From Acidobacteriota bacterium (GTDB taxonomy: Bacteria > Acidobacteriota > Polarisedimenticolia > Gp22-AA2), in the NCBI GenBank assembly GCA_018606725.1, contig JAGYID010000001.1, positions 52,803 through 116,802 of the forward strand: a DNA stretch of 64,000 nucleotides. The letters are read 5' to 3'. Shown piece after piece: positions 31,601 through 40,674 of this stretch. Made by a program: the position numbers and the translations under genes. The first letter of the stretch is position 1. Each line of letters starts with the position of its first letter. A model generated the notes under the pieces. The model searched no databases. It saw only the letters and a list, made by a program, of their open reading frames with translations, and was not told the DNA's origin.

Positions 31601-31959
31601 TTGCCCCTCTTCAGCCGGTCCTCGATCTGTAGCTTGAACTGCACAAACTCCTGGACCTCCTCCTGGGCGCGTGGGGTCAGCCTCTGGTACTGGCGCATCA
31701 GCTCGTGGTCCCGCTCGCGCGCCTGGCTCGCCAGGTCCTCCTGGAAGAAGTCCGCGATGTTCATCTCGAAGATCGACAGAATCTTGAACAGCGTTTCGAG
31801 ACTGACCTTGTATTCGCCGTTCTCCATCCGGCAGAGATCGGATTGCTGAATGCCGATCCGGCTGGCGAGGTCGGCCTGGGTCAAGGCCCGGTCCTTGCGG
31901 AGTGTACGGATCCTGGAGCCGACCAGCAGAGACTGCTTTTTGAATTTTGACGTCATCAT
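31597..31959 (-). CDS. XRE-family helix-turn-helix transcriptional regulator
   Basis: SRIRTLRKDRALTQADLASRIGIQQSDLCRMENGEY is a Cro/C1-type HTH. Confidence 0.75.
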   Translation of the reverse strand: MMTSKFKKQSLLVGSRIRTLRKDRALTQADLASRIGIQQSDLCRMENGEYKVSLETLFKILSIFEMNIADFFQEDLASQARERDHELMRQYQRLTPRAQEEVQEFVQFKLQIEDRLKRGN

Positions 31960-32038
31960 TGATGATTTTCCGTGTCGATTCCCTAAAGTACCTGTAAAAT
32001 CAGGCAGTTCAGGCTAATGTTTCAGAAGCAAATACATC

Positions 32039-32067
32039 TTGACACGCTTGCCGAGCGACCATATACT
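32039..32067 (+). promoter_or_regulatory. Consensus sigma-70 promoter (TTGACA-N17-TATACT) about 290 nt upstream of the sigma factor gene
   Basis: Read directly: ttgaca at 32039-32044 and tatact at 32062-32067. The leader is AT-rich. Confidence 0.5.
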
Positions 32068-32355
32068 TGCGTCGTCAGCTCACACAGCCAGTCGTGTCGC
32101 CGCGTCAATTTCTTGATGATGCCATCGAGACTCGAGACGCAGGAACCTCGCGTCGGTTTTTCTCGCAGCGGGAAAGATCGGGACGTGAACGTGTGTCTCA
32201 TCGTCACTGCTGTTCACCGACGGAGAGTCTGGCAGTCTCTCGATCCCTGACTACAAAAATTTGACGTAAATCTATGGCGTTACGGTATTGAAGTCAAGGA
32301 GAAAGTCGTCAAGCCAACCCCCGGGGCATGACGGGATGAGGAGAAGGACGAACTG

Positions 32356-33276
32356 ATGGCGAATCGCTCGTTTGAAAGAAGCTCCTGTATCTCGAAGTAT
32401 CTGCAGGAAATCAGCGAATTTCCATTGCTGAGCAAGGAAGAAGAACACGCGATAGCCACCAAGATGCAGGAAACCCAGGCGCAGGGAGGCTCCTACCACG
32501 ACCTGGTGCAGTCCAACCTGAGCTTTGTCGTCAAGATCGCCAGCGAATACAAGAACATGGGGCTGCCCTTCGAAGACCTGCTCAATGAAGGGAACATCGG
32601 CCTGATTGAGGCGGCCCACCACTTCGACCCCCATCGCGGCACCAAGTTCATCACCTACGCCATCTGGTGGATCCGCAAGTCGATCCTCAAGGCCCTGTCG
32701 CAGCACGCCGCCATGGTGCGCGTCCCCAACTACCAGATGAAAAAGGTGCGCAACGTCCGCAATACCGAGCGGATGCTGGCGCGCGAGCTCGGGCGCGAGG
32801 CCGATCGCGAGGAGATCTCCAAGGAATTGCGGGTCACGATCGCCAAGATCGACGAAATCCTGCAAATCAAGATGAGGGAGATGTCGCTGGACGACAAGGT
32901 CGGCAAGGAGAAGGACACGCCGATCTCGGACTACCTGGTGGATGGCCGTTCGACCAATCCGCTGGACGAATTGATCAAGAACGAGAACCAGACGGTCATC
33001 CGGCTCGCGCTCCGCAGCCTCAGCGACCAGGAGCAGACGGTCGTCATCAACCGCTTCGGCCTCGAGGGCGGCCGCGTCTTCACGCTGAAGGAGATCGGCG
33101 AAAAGCTGGGCGTGTCCCGCGAGCGCGTGCGCCAGATCGAAAACCAGGCGAAGAAGCGGCTCCGCAAGCTCATCGCCCGCGAGCATCGCAACGAGGCCGC
33201 CCGCAAGAAGGTCGGCGCCGGCCCGGAGTCGGCGATGGGCGTCCGCATCAGACCCAACGGTTCGATGTCCCACTGA
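32356..33276 (+). CDS. RNA polymerase sigma factor, sigma-70 family (group 2/3-like, no region 1.1)
   Basis: Region 2 (YAIWWIRKSILKAL) and region 4.2 (LKEIGEKLGVSRERVRQIENQAKKRL). Confidence 0.8.
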   Translation: MANRSFERSSCISKYLQEISEFPLLSKEEEHAIATKMQETQAQGGSYHDLVQSNLSFVVKIASEYKNMGLPFEDLLNEGNIGLIEAAHHFDPHRGTKFITYAIWWIRKSILKALSQHAAMVRVPNYQMKKVRNVRNTERMLARELGREADREEISKELRVTIAKIDEILQIKMREMSLDDKVGKEKDTPISDYLVDGRSTNPLDELIKNENQTVIRLALRSLSDQEQTVVINRFGLEGGRVFTLKEIGEKLGVSRERVRQIENQAKKRLRKLIAREHRNEAARKKVGAGPESAMGVRIRPNGSMSH

Positions 33277-33440
33277 GGGCCGGGGGCGCGACGCCCCGGC
33301 TTCATCCCGGTGACGGCCGGCGTGCCAGCGCGTCGCGCCGGCCAGCAACGCGGCCGCGCGCGCGCCCGCGACATTGAAATGCCGCGGAACGGTGTGCTAT
33401 CGTCTGCCGCGGATCACCGCACTGGACGGGGCACCGAGCG

Positions 33441-33719
33441 ATGCGCCTGACGCGCGATCAAGTCGAGCAGATCTCTCAGCGAATCGTGTACGGACTCATC
33501 CGTGACGGGCACGTCGCCACCGACCGCCCCGAGGCGGTCATCGACCGGATCGCGCAGATTTTCACCGACGACCTGGCGGCCGAGGACAAGCTCAACGACG
33601 AAGCGCACGAGCTGCTGAAGAATTACTCGGATGAGATTGCCCGCGGAGCGGTCAACTACCAGGAGCTGTTCCGCAAGGTCAAGGCGAAGCTGGCGCGCGA
33701 TCGCAAGATGGTCATCTGA
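33441..33719 (+). CDS. DUF507 family protein
   Basis: 92-aa acidic/basic helical protein matching the DUF507 pattern. Paired with a paralog that starts 1 nt inside its stop. Confidence 0.55.
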   Translation: MRLTRDQVEQISQRIVYGLIRDGHVATDRPEAVIDRIAQIFTDDLAAEDKLNDEAHELLKNYSDEIARGAVNYQELFRKVKAKLARDRKMVI

Positions 33720-34003
33720 TGCGCCTGAGCCACGAACGCTGCGTCCACCTGTCCCACCTCTTCGTTAACGATCTCGAGGATGACGACACGGTCGAGTTTC
33801 TGCGGGACACCAATGACATCCGCCTGAAGGTGTTGCAGATCCTCGAGGGGGAAATGGTGCGTGAGGAGGAGATGGAGGAATCGATCCGGCGCCGGATCGC
33901 CACCCAGCGCAGGGATTTGCCGGAAGGCAGCGCCGAGTGGGATCTCCTGTTCCGCAAGTACTACGACGACGAGATGAAGAAGATCAAGAGGGTCCGTCAG
34001 TAG
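33719..34003 (+). CDS. DUF507 family protein (paralog)
   Basis: 94 aa. Translationally coupled (TGATG junction at 33717-33721). Confidence 0.55.
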   Translation: MRLSHERCVHLSHLFVNDLEDDDTVEFLRDTNDIRLKVLQILEGEMVREEEMEESIRRRIATQRRDLPEGSAEWDLLFRKYYDDEMKKIKRVRQ

Positions 34004-34025
34004 GGCGGCCCCCTCCCGCCCAGCC

Positions 34026-35963
34026 ATGCCGATTCCCCGCCAAATCGTCGCCGGCACCGCTGGCCACATCGACCACGGCAAGAGCCATCTCGTCCGCGCT
34101 CTGACCGGCACCGACCCCGACCGTCTTAAGGAGGAGAAGGAACGGGGCATCACCATCGACATCGGGTTTGCGCATCTGGAGCTGCCCGGCGGCCTCCGGG
34201 TCGGGTTCGTTGACGTCCCCGGGCACGAGCGTTTCATCAAGAACATGCTGGCGGGCGTCGGCGGCATCGATCTGGTGCTGCTGGTCATCGCCGCCGACGA
34301 ATCGATCAAGCCCCAGACACGCGAGCACTTCGACATCTGCGGGCTGCTGCGCATTCCGCGCGGCATCATCACGCTGACCAAGACCGATCTCGTCGAGCCG
34401 GATCTCCTCGATCTCGTCCGGCTGGAAGTGCGTGATTTCGTCGCCGGCTCCTTCCTGGAGTCGGCGCCGGTCGTGGCGGTCAGCAGCAGGACCGGTGAGG
34501 GCCTCGAGGAGCTGAAGGCAGCCATCGCGCGGGTCGCCGCCGATATCGCGCCGCGCCCGCAGCGTGGCCTCCTGCGCCTGCCGGTCGACCGTTCCTTCAG
34601 CATCAAGGGGTTCGGTAGCGTCGTCACAGGCACGCTGAACGCAGGGACCATCCGGGTTGGAGACGAAGTCGCCGTCCTGCCGCGGGGCGTGACCACGCGG
34701 GTGCGCGGCCTCGAAGTGTTCAATCGTCCCACCGAGGTCGCCCTGCCCGGTCAGCGGACGGCCGTCAATCTGCAGGGGATCGAGGCCGGCGCGGTTCAGC
34801 GCGGTGACCTGTTGAGCGCTCCCGGAGTCCTCGAACCGTCGCATCTGCTCGACGTCGAGCTGGAGATACTGGCCGGTGCGCCGGCGCCCCTGCTCGATCT
34901 TGCGCGGGTGCGGTTCCACCATGGAACGCTCGAGGCGATGGCGCGCGTCAAGCTCCTCGGGGAGAAGGCGGTACCGCCCGGCCGCCGCGCCTTCGCCCAG
35001 CTGCGGCTGGAGACCGCCGTCTGCGCCCTGCCCGGCGACCGTTGCGTGATCCGCCGCTACTCACCGTCCCTGACGATCGGCGGCGCGGTCGTCCTGCACA
35101 ACCGGCCGGTGAAGCTGAGGACGTCCGCGCCCGGCGCCCGCGAGCGGTTCGAGCGGCTGGCGCAGGAGGCTCCGGAGACGCGGCTTTCCGTCCTGGTCGA
35201 AGAGGGGGGTGAAGCCGGGATCGATGCCCCGGCGCTGCGCACCCGGACCGGTCTCTCCTTCGAAGAGCAGGTGGAAATCCTGGACGCCATCGTGCGCGAC
35301 GGTCGCCTCGTCCGCCTGCCGACCCAGCCGCCGCGGTATGTGACCGGCTCGATCTACCGGACCCTCTCTGACCGCGTCCTGACCGAGATCGACGCGTTCC
35401 ACAAGAAAGAGCCGCTCCTGGAGGGGCTCCCGAAGGAGGAGTTGCGGACCAGGTTGTTCGCCGGCAGCCACCCGGACGTCTTCCGCTGTCTGCTCGCCGA
35501 CCTCGCGGCGCGCGGCGTGCTGCGAACCGACCGGGATCGGATCGCCCGATCGGCGCACCGGATTGACTTGACGCCGGCCGAGGCCTCTCTCATGGAGACC
35601 ATCGAGCAGCGCTTCGAGACCGCGGGGTCAAACCCGCCCGACCCGGAGGAGGTCCTGAATTCGTTCCGCGCCGGGCGGGCGCAGGCCGCGCGCCTGTTCC
35701 ATCTGTTGATCGGCCGCGGCCGGCTGGTCCGCATTCCGGACGGCAAGATCTTCCACGTCCGGGCCCTGGAAGACCTGAAGCGCCGCCTGTGGGAGCAGCG
35801 GGCCAGGAATCCGGTCATCGACATCGCCGAGTTCAAGGACCTGAGCGGCACGAGCCGCAAGAACGCCATCCCGCTCCTCGAGCACTTCGACCAGTTGCAG
35901 GTGACCCGGCGGGAGGGCAACCGCCGTGTCATATTGCCCCCTCCCCCCCCCGGGCACCCCTGA
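34026..35963 (+). CDS. selB: Selenocysteine-specific translation elongation factor SelB
   Basis: G-domain [18 protein letters not shown], followed by a long winged-helix C-terminal extension typical of bacterial SelB. Confidence 0.85.
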   Translation: MPIPRQIVAGTAGHIDHGKSHLVRALTGTDPDRLKEEKERGITIDIGFAHLELPGGLRVGFVDVPGHERFIKNMLAGVGGIDLVLLVIAADESIKPQTREHFDICGLLRIPRGIITLTKTDLVEPDLLDLVRLEVRDFVAGSFLESAPVVAVSSRTGEGLEELKAAIARVAADIAPRPQRGLLRLPVDRSFSIKGFGSVVTGTLNAGTIRVGDEVAVLPRGVTTRVRGLEVFNRPTEVALPGQRTAVNLQGIEAGAVQRGDLLSAPGVLEPSHLLDVELEILAGAPAPLLDLARVRFHHGTLEAMARVKLLGEKAVPPGRRAFAQLRLETAVCALPGDRCVIRRYSPSLTIGGAVVLHNRPVKLRTSAPGARERFERLAQEAPETRLSVLVEEGGEAGIDAPALRTRTGLSFEEQVEILDAIVRDGRLVRLPTQPPRYVTGSIYRTLSDRVLTEIDAFHKKEPLLEGLPKEELRTRLFAGSHPDVFRCLLADLAARGVLRTDRDRIARSAHRIDLTPAEASLMETIEQRFETAGSNPPDPEEVLNSFRAGRAQAARLFHLLIGRGRLVRIPDGKIFHVRALEDLKRRLWEQRARNPVIDIAEFKDLSGTSRKNAIPLLEHFDQLQVTRREGNRRVILPPPPPGHP

Positions 35964-35964
35964 A

Positions 35965-35993
35965 TTGACAGGCCCACGGCCGGAGTCTAAGAT
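35965..35993 (+). promoter_or_regulatory. Consensus sigma-70 promoter (TTGACA-N17-TAAGAT) upstream of tatA
   Basis: Read directly: ttgaca at 35965-35970 and taagat at 35988-35993. SD aggtga lies ahead of the ATG at 36014. Confidence 0.5.
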
Positions 35994-36013
35994 GAACTCG
36001 AGGTGAAACGCCC

Positions 36014-36187
36014 ATGGGTTCGATCGGCATTCCAGAGCTGTTACTGATCTTCGTGATTCTCCTCCTGATATTTGGTGGCAAGCGGATCCCCGAGCTGGCT
36101 CGCGGCCTCGGCGCCGGCATCCGCAACTTCAAGGATGCCCTGCACGGCGATTCATCGCAGGGAGACCAGAAGAACAAGGAGAAGTAG
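36014..36187 (+). CDS. tatA: Sec-independent protein translocase TatA/E
   Basis: MGSIGIPELLLIFVILLLIFGGKRIPELARGLGAGIRNFKDAL... is a classic TatA. It is 57 aa and is absent from the ORF track, which has a 60-aa minimum. Confidence 0.85.
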   Translation: MGSIGIPELLLIFVILLLIFGGKRIPELARGLGAGIRNFKDALHGDSSQGDQKNKEK

Positions 36188-36193
36188 CCCAGC

Positions 36194-37954
36194 CTGCAGC
36201 CACCGACACCCCCTCTCAAAGTCCCCGACGAGATCGCCTTCCAGAGGGCCGCGGTCGAACGCCTCAAGAAGGAGATCCGCGGTGTCGACCGGAACGGCCG
36301 CCGGCGCTATATCCGCGATTTTCACGACGAGTTCTCCCGCTTCGAATCGGTCTCCTCGCTCGACGACCTCAGCATCGCCTGCTACAAGGCGGATCTCGTC
36401 TACATCGGTGACTACCATGCCCTGCCGGCCGCCCAGGAGTTCGCCGCCTGGCTGCTGCGCGACGTCGCCGCGCGCTCGCGCGAGGTGGTGCTCTGCCTGG
36501 AAATGGTCTACGCCCGCAACCAGAAGGTCCTCGAACGTTACATGCGGAACGAGCTGGACGAATCCGAGTTCCTCAAGGCGATCCGCTACGAGCTCGATTG
36601 GGGCTACGAGTGGCAGTCATTCCGGCGGTTGTTCGACGCGGCCCGGACGCTGGGGTTGCCGGTGTACGGCATCGACTCGGAGCCGCGCAGCGGCTTCCGG
36701 TACATCGCCCGGCGCGACGCCCACGCGGCGGCCCGCATCGCCGACATCGTGGAAGCCCGTCCGGGCGCCAAGGTCGTGACCGTCGTGGGGGAATCGCATC
36801 TGGCGCGCACCCATCTGCCACGACGGGTCACCGATCTGCTCAAGAAGAAAGGGATCGAGAAACGTCCGGTCATCGTGCTGCAGAACCAGGAAGAGATCTA
36901 CTGGCAGCTCGCGGAGAAGGGCTTGCGGGATGTCGATGTGGTGAGCCTCGGCCCCGGTCGCTTCTGCCACTTCAACGCCAGCCCGATCGCCAAGTACGAG
37001 GCCTACCGGCAGACGATCGAGGCCTGGGACCGCGAGCCTGATGACGACCAGGGGCTCGACCTCACCTCGACCGTCTACAGCATCATCGACACCATCCTGC
37101 GCTTCCTCGGCATCGACAAGTACACCGAGGTCATCGAGCGGCCCGGGCGCGGACACGATTACCTGGTCGACCTCTACCCGGAGGTCTACACCGCCTCGGA
37201 GCACAAAGATCTGAAGAAACTGCTGAAGTCGCACGAGTTCGGGGCCGAGGAGATCGACGAGATCCTGGGGCACGTCTCCGAGCGCGGCTCATGCTACATC
37301 CCGCGCATCAACGGCATCGTCATCGGACAGTTCAACATGGTGCACGCCGGCGAGGAGGCGGCCCATTTTGTCAATCTGATCCTGAAGGGGGAGATCTACC
37401 AGCAGGCGCCGCGCGAGATGCTGCAGCACGACCTGTTCTACACCGGCACCCTGGAGGAGGCGATCGGTTTCTTCGGGTCGAAGCTGATCGATCCGAGCCG
37501 CAACCATTTCTTCGAGACGGAGTTCTATCAGTACTACCGCAAGGACCGCGCGGTGATCGAGGCCGAGACTCCTTACAGCTACGAGGACTTCAACGCGATC
37601 ATCAATTTCATCCTGCTGCACAAGAAGTTCGAGCAGTCGTACGACCAGTATGAGGAGGTTCCGCAGGAGATCCTGGACGGCATCCGCTCCGAGCCGCGGC
37701 GCGCCAATATCCTGATCCACGAGCTGGGGTATTTCCTGGGGCAGCAGATCTACGATGCCTATCGGGCGGGGAGCCTCGACCGGCGGACCATCGCGTCCCT
37801 GTTCCGCCGGTCGTTCAGGGAGAGCGGCAGCGCCCTGCGGGCCTACCTCGATCTCACCGAGAAGGTGCGGCCGGCGGCGCAGGAGCCGGCCGGTGGTCCA
37901 GCGCCGGCCCCTCCGGCCGGGCCCGGCGGTAAAGAATCCCCGTCGACGAGCTGA
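36194..37954 (+). CDS. ChaN/Tiki-like (PF04187-type) protein with a long C-terminal extension; start codon unresolved
   Basis: ChaN-like motifs ADLVYIGDYHALP...VVLCLEMVYARNQ and VVGESHLA. The domain begins upstream of the first canonical start (GTG at 36485). The frame is open back to the TAG at 36185-36187, which is tatA's stop in the same frame, with no ATG/GTG/TTG in between. Confidence 0.5.
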   Translation: MQPPTPPLKVPDEIAFQRAAVERLKKEIRGVDRNGRRRYIRDFHDEFSRFESVSSLDDLSIACYKADLVYIGDYHALPAAQEFAAWLLRDVAARSREVVLCLEMVYARNQKVLERYMRNELDESEFLKAIRYELDWGYEWQSFRRLFDAARTLGLPVYGIDSEPRSGFRYIARRDAHAAARIADIVEARPGAKVVTVVGESHLARTHLPRRVTDLLKKKGIEKRPVIVLQNQEEIYWQLAEKGLRDVDVVSLGPGRFCHFNASPIAKYEAYRQTIEAWDREPDDDQGLDLTSTVYSIIDTILRFLGIDKYTEVIERPGRGHDYLVDLYPEVYTASEHKDLKKLLKSHEFGAEEIDEILGHVSERGSCYIPRINGIVIGQFNMVHAGEEAAHFVNLILKGEIYQQAPREMLQHDLFYTGTLEEAIGFFGSKLIDPSRNHFFETEFYQYYRKDRAVIEAETPYSYEDFNAIINFILLHKKFEQSYDQYEEVPQEILDGIRSEPRRANILIHELGYFLGQQIYDAYRAGSLDRRTIASLFRRSFRESGSALRAYLDLTEKVRPAAQEPAGGPAPAPPAGPGGKESPSTS

Positions 37955-38810
37955 AGGTGTAGGCCGCCGGGATAGGCTCGAGATAGCCGAGCCGCGTCAG
38001 CGCCTGCAGGGTCTCCACGGCCACCGTTTCGGACCATCCGCAGGCGCTGGCGACGTCCTCGGCGACCAGGCTCGAACGCGGCTCGCCGGTCAGCCGCGCC
38101 AGCAGGTCGCGGCAGCGACCGTGCAGGTCGAGGCGGTCCCGCCCGGCGCACAGATCGCGCACCGCGGCGGCCGCCAGCACGGCGGCGCAGCGGCCCAGCA
38201 TCGGCTCGGCGCACTCCAGGAACAGGTCGAAGCGATCGAACCGGTCGGCATGGGCGCAGGTCGCCCCGCTGCAGCGGCGGCCGCGCGACGCCGTCAGGAT
38301 GAGGTCGATCGCCACGTGCTCGATCAGGTGCGCCAGCGCCAGCCCGTCCCCACCGTCCCCCTTGACCGGGCCGGCGGCCGCGTCCGGGATCGCCGCCGAC
38401 GCGATCGCCTCCCCGTCGGCCGCGCCCGTTCCGGCGAGGGCATCGAAGATCCCGAGTCCGCCGGCGCAGCGATGTTCGGGGAGACGGGGACAGAGCCGCA
38501 GGAGCGCCTCGCGCTCAGCTGCGGCGAGGAGCGGCGTCCGCGCGCGCAGGCCGGCGCCGATCTCCAGCGTGACCCGGATGCGGATGACGCCGGGGATGAA
38601 CCGCTCGTTGAACCGGCTGGCCTCGGGGAACTGGCCATGCTGCAGCTGAACGATGCGGATCGAGTCCGGCGGAACATGCGCTTCGGCGCGCTCGGGCGCG
38701 TCGGCACCGCCCCGCCGACGGGTGTGTTTGCTGCGCATCTTGTCGCGGAAACGTCGCAGTAGATCGTCCGACAACAACTCCTCCCGCGGAGGTTGACGGC
38801 GGTGCTTCAA
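37854..38810 (-). CDS. Hypothetical protein (strand and frame uncertain)
   Basis: Either this ORF or its antisense partner (37755..38762 +) may be real. Third-position GC sampling was ambiguous. No recognisable domain. Confidence 0.3.
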   Translation of the reverse strand: MKHRRQPPREELLSDDLLRRFRDKMRSKHTRRRGGADAPERAEAHVPPDSIRIVQLQHGQFPEASRFNERFIPGVIRIRVTLEIGAGLRARTPLLAAAEREALLRLCPRLPEHRCAGGLGIFDALAGTGAADGEAIASAAIPDAAAGPVKGDGGDGLALAHLIEHVAIDLILTASRGRRCSGATCAHADRFDRFDLFLECAEPMLGRCAAVLAAAAVRDLCAGRDRLDLHGRCRDLLARLTGEPRSSLVAEDVASACGWSETVAVETLQALTRLGYLEPIPAAYTFSSSTGILYRRARPEGPALDHRPAPAPPAAPSR

Positions 38811-39010
38811 CGCTCCGTGCGAAGAACCTCCTCGTCCAGGGTCCCCTGCAGGATGACCCGATACTCGCCGGTGTTCTGATCGACCATCTCGACCTGCGCC
38901 GCGGCATTCACGGAGTGGATCAGCAGGTCGCCGAGCTTGGAGCCGAGCGTCGCCGGTGACGTGGGCGAGCTCTCCAACGTCGCGAGATCAGTGATGCGAA
39001 ATCGACTCAT
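38807..39010 (-). CDS. Small hypothetical protein (67 aa), paralog of the adjacent gene
   Basis: ATG at 39010 with an SD gggaga 7 nt upstream. Shares the pattern R-F-x-(I/V)-T-x-...-P-T-S-x-A-x-L-x-x-K-L-...-TGEYR-(I/V)-(I/V)-LQGT-(I/L)-D-x-E with the neighbouring gene. Confidence 0.5.
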   Translation of the reverse strand: MSRFRITDLATLESSPTSPATLGSKLGDLLIHSVNAAAQVEMVDQNTGEYRVILQGTLDEEVLRTER

Positions 39011-39048
39011 GCGCCAGTCTCCCGTCCGGCGCCGGAGGGGCTACGCCC

Positions 39049-39255
39049 TCAGGCGCCCTCAAAAGGGATCTTCTCCGTGTCGATGGTGCCCTGCACGACG
39101 ATGCGGTACTCGCCGGTCGTCGGATTGATCGACTCGACCTTGAGCCGCGCCGACGTCGAGCTGATCAGCATCTCGCTGAGCTTGGTGCGCAGCGCCGCGG
39201 CCGAGGTCGGGGCCTTCTCCAGCAGCGGAAAGTGAGTGACCTGAAAACGCGCCAT
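39049..39255 (-). CDS. Small hypothetical protein (68 aa), tandem paralog
   Basis: MARFQVTHFPLLEKAPTSAAALRTKLSEMLISSTSARLKVESINPTTGEYRIVVQGTIDTEKIPFEGA. ATG at 39255 with an SD ggaggcc. Confidence 0.55.
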   Translation of the reverse strand: MARFQVTHFPLLEKAPTSAAALRTKLSEMLISSTSARLKVESINPTTGEYRIVVQGTIDTEKIPFEGA

Positions 39256-39674
39256 CGTGTGGCCTCCTGATGGAGCCGTCGGCGGTGGCCCCTGTGACGA
39301 GCGGTGCAGCCGCCGGCTCGTGCGTGCAGCCGACCGAGCGGCGGTAAGCGGGCAACGGGACGTGCAGTGCAAGGTGCGCGAGGTCTCTCTGGATCTCATC
39401 CACCAGCTCGTTCAGGACCTCGGCCCCGATCTCGCCGGCGCGCGGAACCTCGGCCGCGCCCGGGTCGCCGGCGAACCCGTTCTGCGCCAGCAGGGCGGTT
39501 TCGTCGGCCCCGACGGCGGTGGGCGGCGGCGAGGGCGCGGCGAGAGGCGCCGGGGGCCGGCTCGGACGCGGCAATGTCTCCCTGGCGCCGGCCGTCCGAT
39601 CGGGCAGGGACGGCAGGGGAATGCGGGTCCAGGCGGTCCCGGCCGGCGTCGCCGTCCGGCGGCCTGACTTCGCT

Positions 39675-40613
39675 TCACGACCCATCGCTGCTCCTGCGGC
39701 GCGGCGTCGCCGGACCCGGGGCCGGGATCGAGGACGCATCCGCCCCCGCGTCAAATTCCGGGGCGGGCCCGGCGCCGGGCTTGGGACGAGCGGCGCCAAA
39801 GGTCCAGAACGAGCCGCTCACCAGTCGCGGCTGGAGGCCGGCCGGCACGGAACCGATCGGCCTGGCCGCCGTCACGGATGCGGTCGGCCGGGCCGCCGGG
39901 GCAGCCCCGGTCGGTCGAGCGGCCGGTGCGGGAACCGGCGCATGCTCGGCCTGCGGCGGAACGGTCGGCCGTGCGGCCGGTGGCGCAGCGGGTGTGCGTG
40001 CTGCCGGCGCGGCCGCGATCGGCTGGGCCGCCGGAGCAGCCGCCATCGGACCGGTCGCCGGCTCCTCGTCGGTGTGTTGCTCGCGCAGATCGAGGATGGT
40101 GTCGGCGACCGAGATCATCCGGCTGCCGGTGGTCCGGGAGTTGAACCCCATCCACGACACCAGACCGGCGTCGTCGACGAAGGGATCGCGATCGAGTTGT
40201 CGGGCGGGAGCCTCATCCTGGGCCTCGGCCGCCTCCTCGTCCTCGGTTGCGGCCGGTTTCGCCGCGGGTGAGGCGGTCAGCTGGCTCTGCGGCCGGCGCA
40301 ACGGCCGGCGGACGTGCTCCTGCGACGACGCCGGCTCGGCCGCCGGCGCGGAACGCTTGGCGCGGGCCGACTTCCTGGTCGCGGCCGGGGGCGCGGCGAC
40401 GGGCGCCGGAGGCGGCGCCTGCTCGTCGAGCGCCTGCGACTCCATCGCCACCGCCACGATGCGCCGGGCAAGCGGCAGCGGGATCTCCGTCTCCTCGGAC
40501 AGCAACTCGGGCCCGGCGCGGGCGATCGCGTCGTTGGTGTCGAAGCCGCACTGCAGCAGACCGTCCATCACTTCGCGGCCGAACAGCTGGATCAGCAACG
40601 TCAGGTCGTGCAT
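39675..40613 (-). CDS. Hypothetical protein: small N-terminal helical domain plus a long Pro/Ala-rich disordered tail
   Basis: N-terminal MHDLTLLIQLFGREVMDGLLQCGFDTNDAIARAGPELL is HhH-like. The remainder is PA-rich low complexity. Sits directly downstream of parA. Confidence 0.45.
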   Translation of the reverse strand: MHDLTLLIQLFGREVMDGLLQCGFDTNDAIARAGPELLSEETEIPLPLARRIVAVAMESQALDEQAPPPAPVAAPPAATRKSARAKRSAPAAEPASSQEHVRRPLRRPQSQLTASPAAKPAATEDEEAAEAQDEAPARQLDRDPFVDDAGLVSWMGFNSRTTGSRMISVADTILDLREQHTDEEPATGPMAAAPAAQPIAAAPAARTPAAPPAARPTVPPQAEHAPVPAPAARPTGAAPAARPTASVTAARPIGSVPAGLQPRLVSGSFWTFGAARPKPGAGPAPEFDAGADASSIPAPGPATPRRRSSDGS

Positions 40614-40674
40614 CGCGCGCTCTCCTTCGTCCCGGGCCTCAGCCTTGCTCGTTCCACCTCGCGCGCCGGGGTCG

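Noticed and set aside
33281-33300. Hairpin ggggcgcgacgcccc after the sigma-factor gene as a terminator
   Set aside because: The stem is GC-rich but there is no convincing downstream T-tract. It was left unannotated.
36485-36487. GTG at 36485 as the start of the ChaN/Tiki-like gene (as in the ORF track)
   Set aside because: The conserved ChaN-like motifs (ADLVYIGDYHAL, LCLEMV) lie upstream of or at this position, so the real N-terminus must be further 5', in the start-codon-free stretch after the tatA TAG.
37755-38762. Plus-strand 335-aa ORF as the gene in this interval
   Set aside because: Its product is Arg/Ala/Gly-rich with no motifs. The antisense 37854..38810 (-) ORF has a slightly more protein-like composition and a good third-position GC pattern in one sampled stretch, so the minus ORF was listed at low confidence instead. 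Neither is secure.
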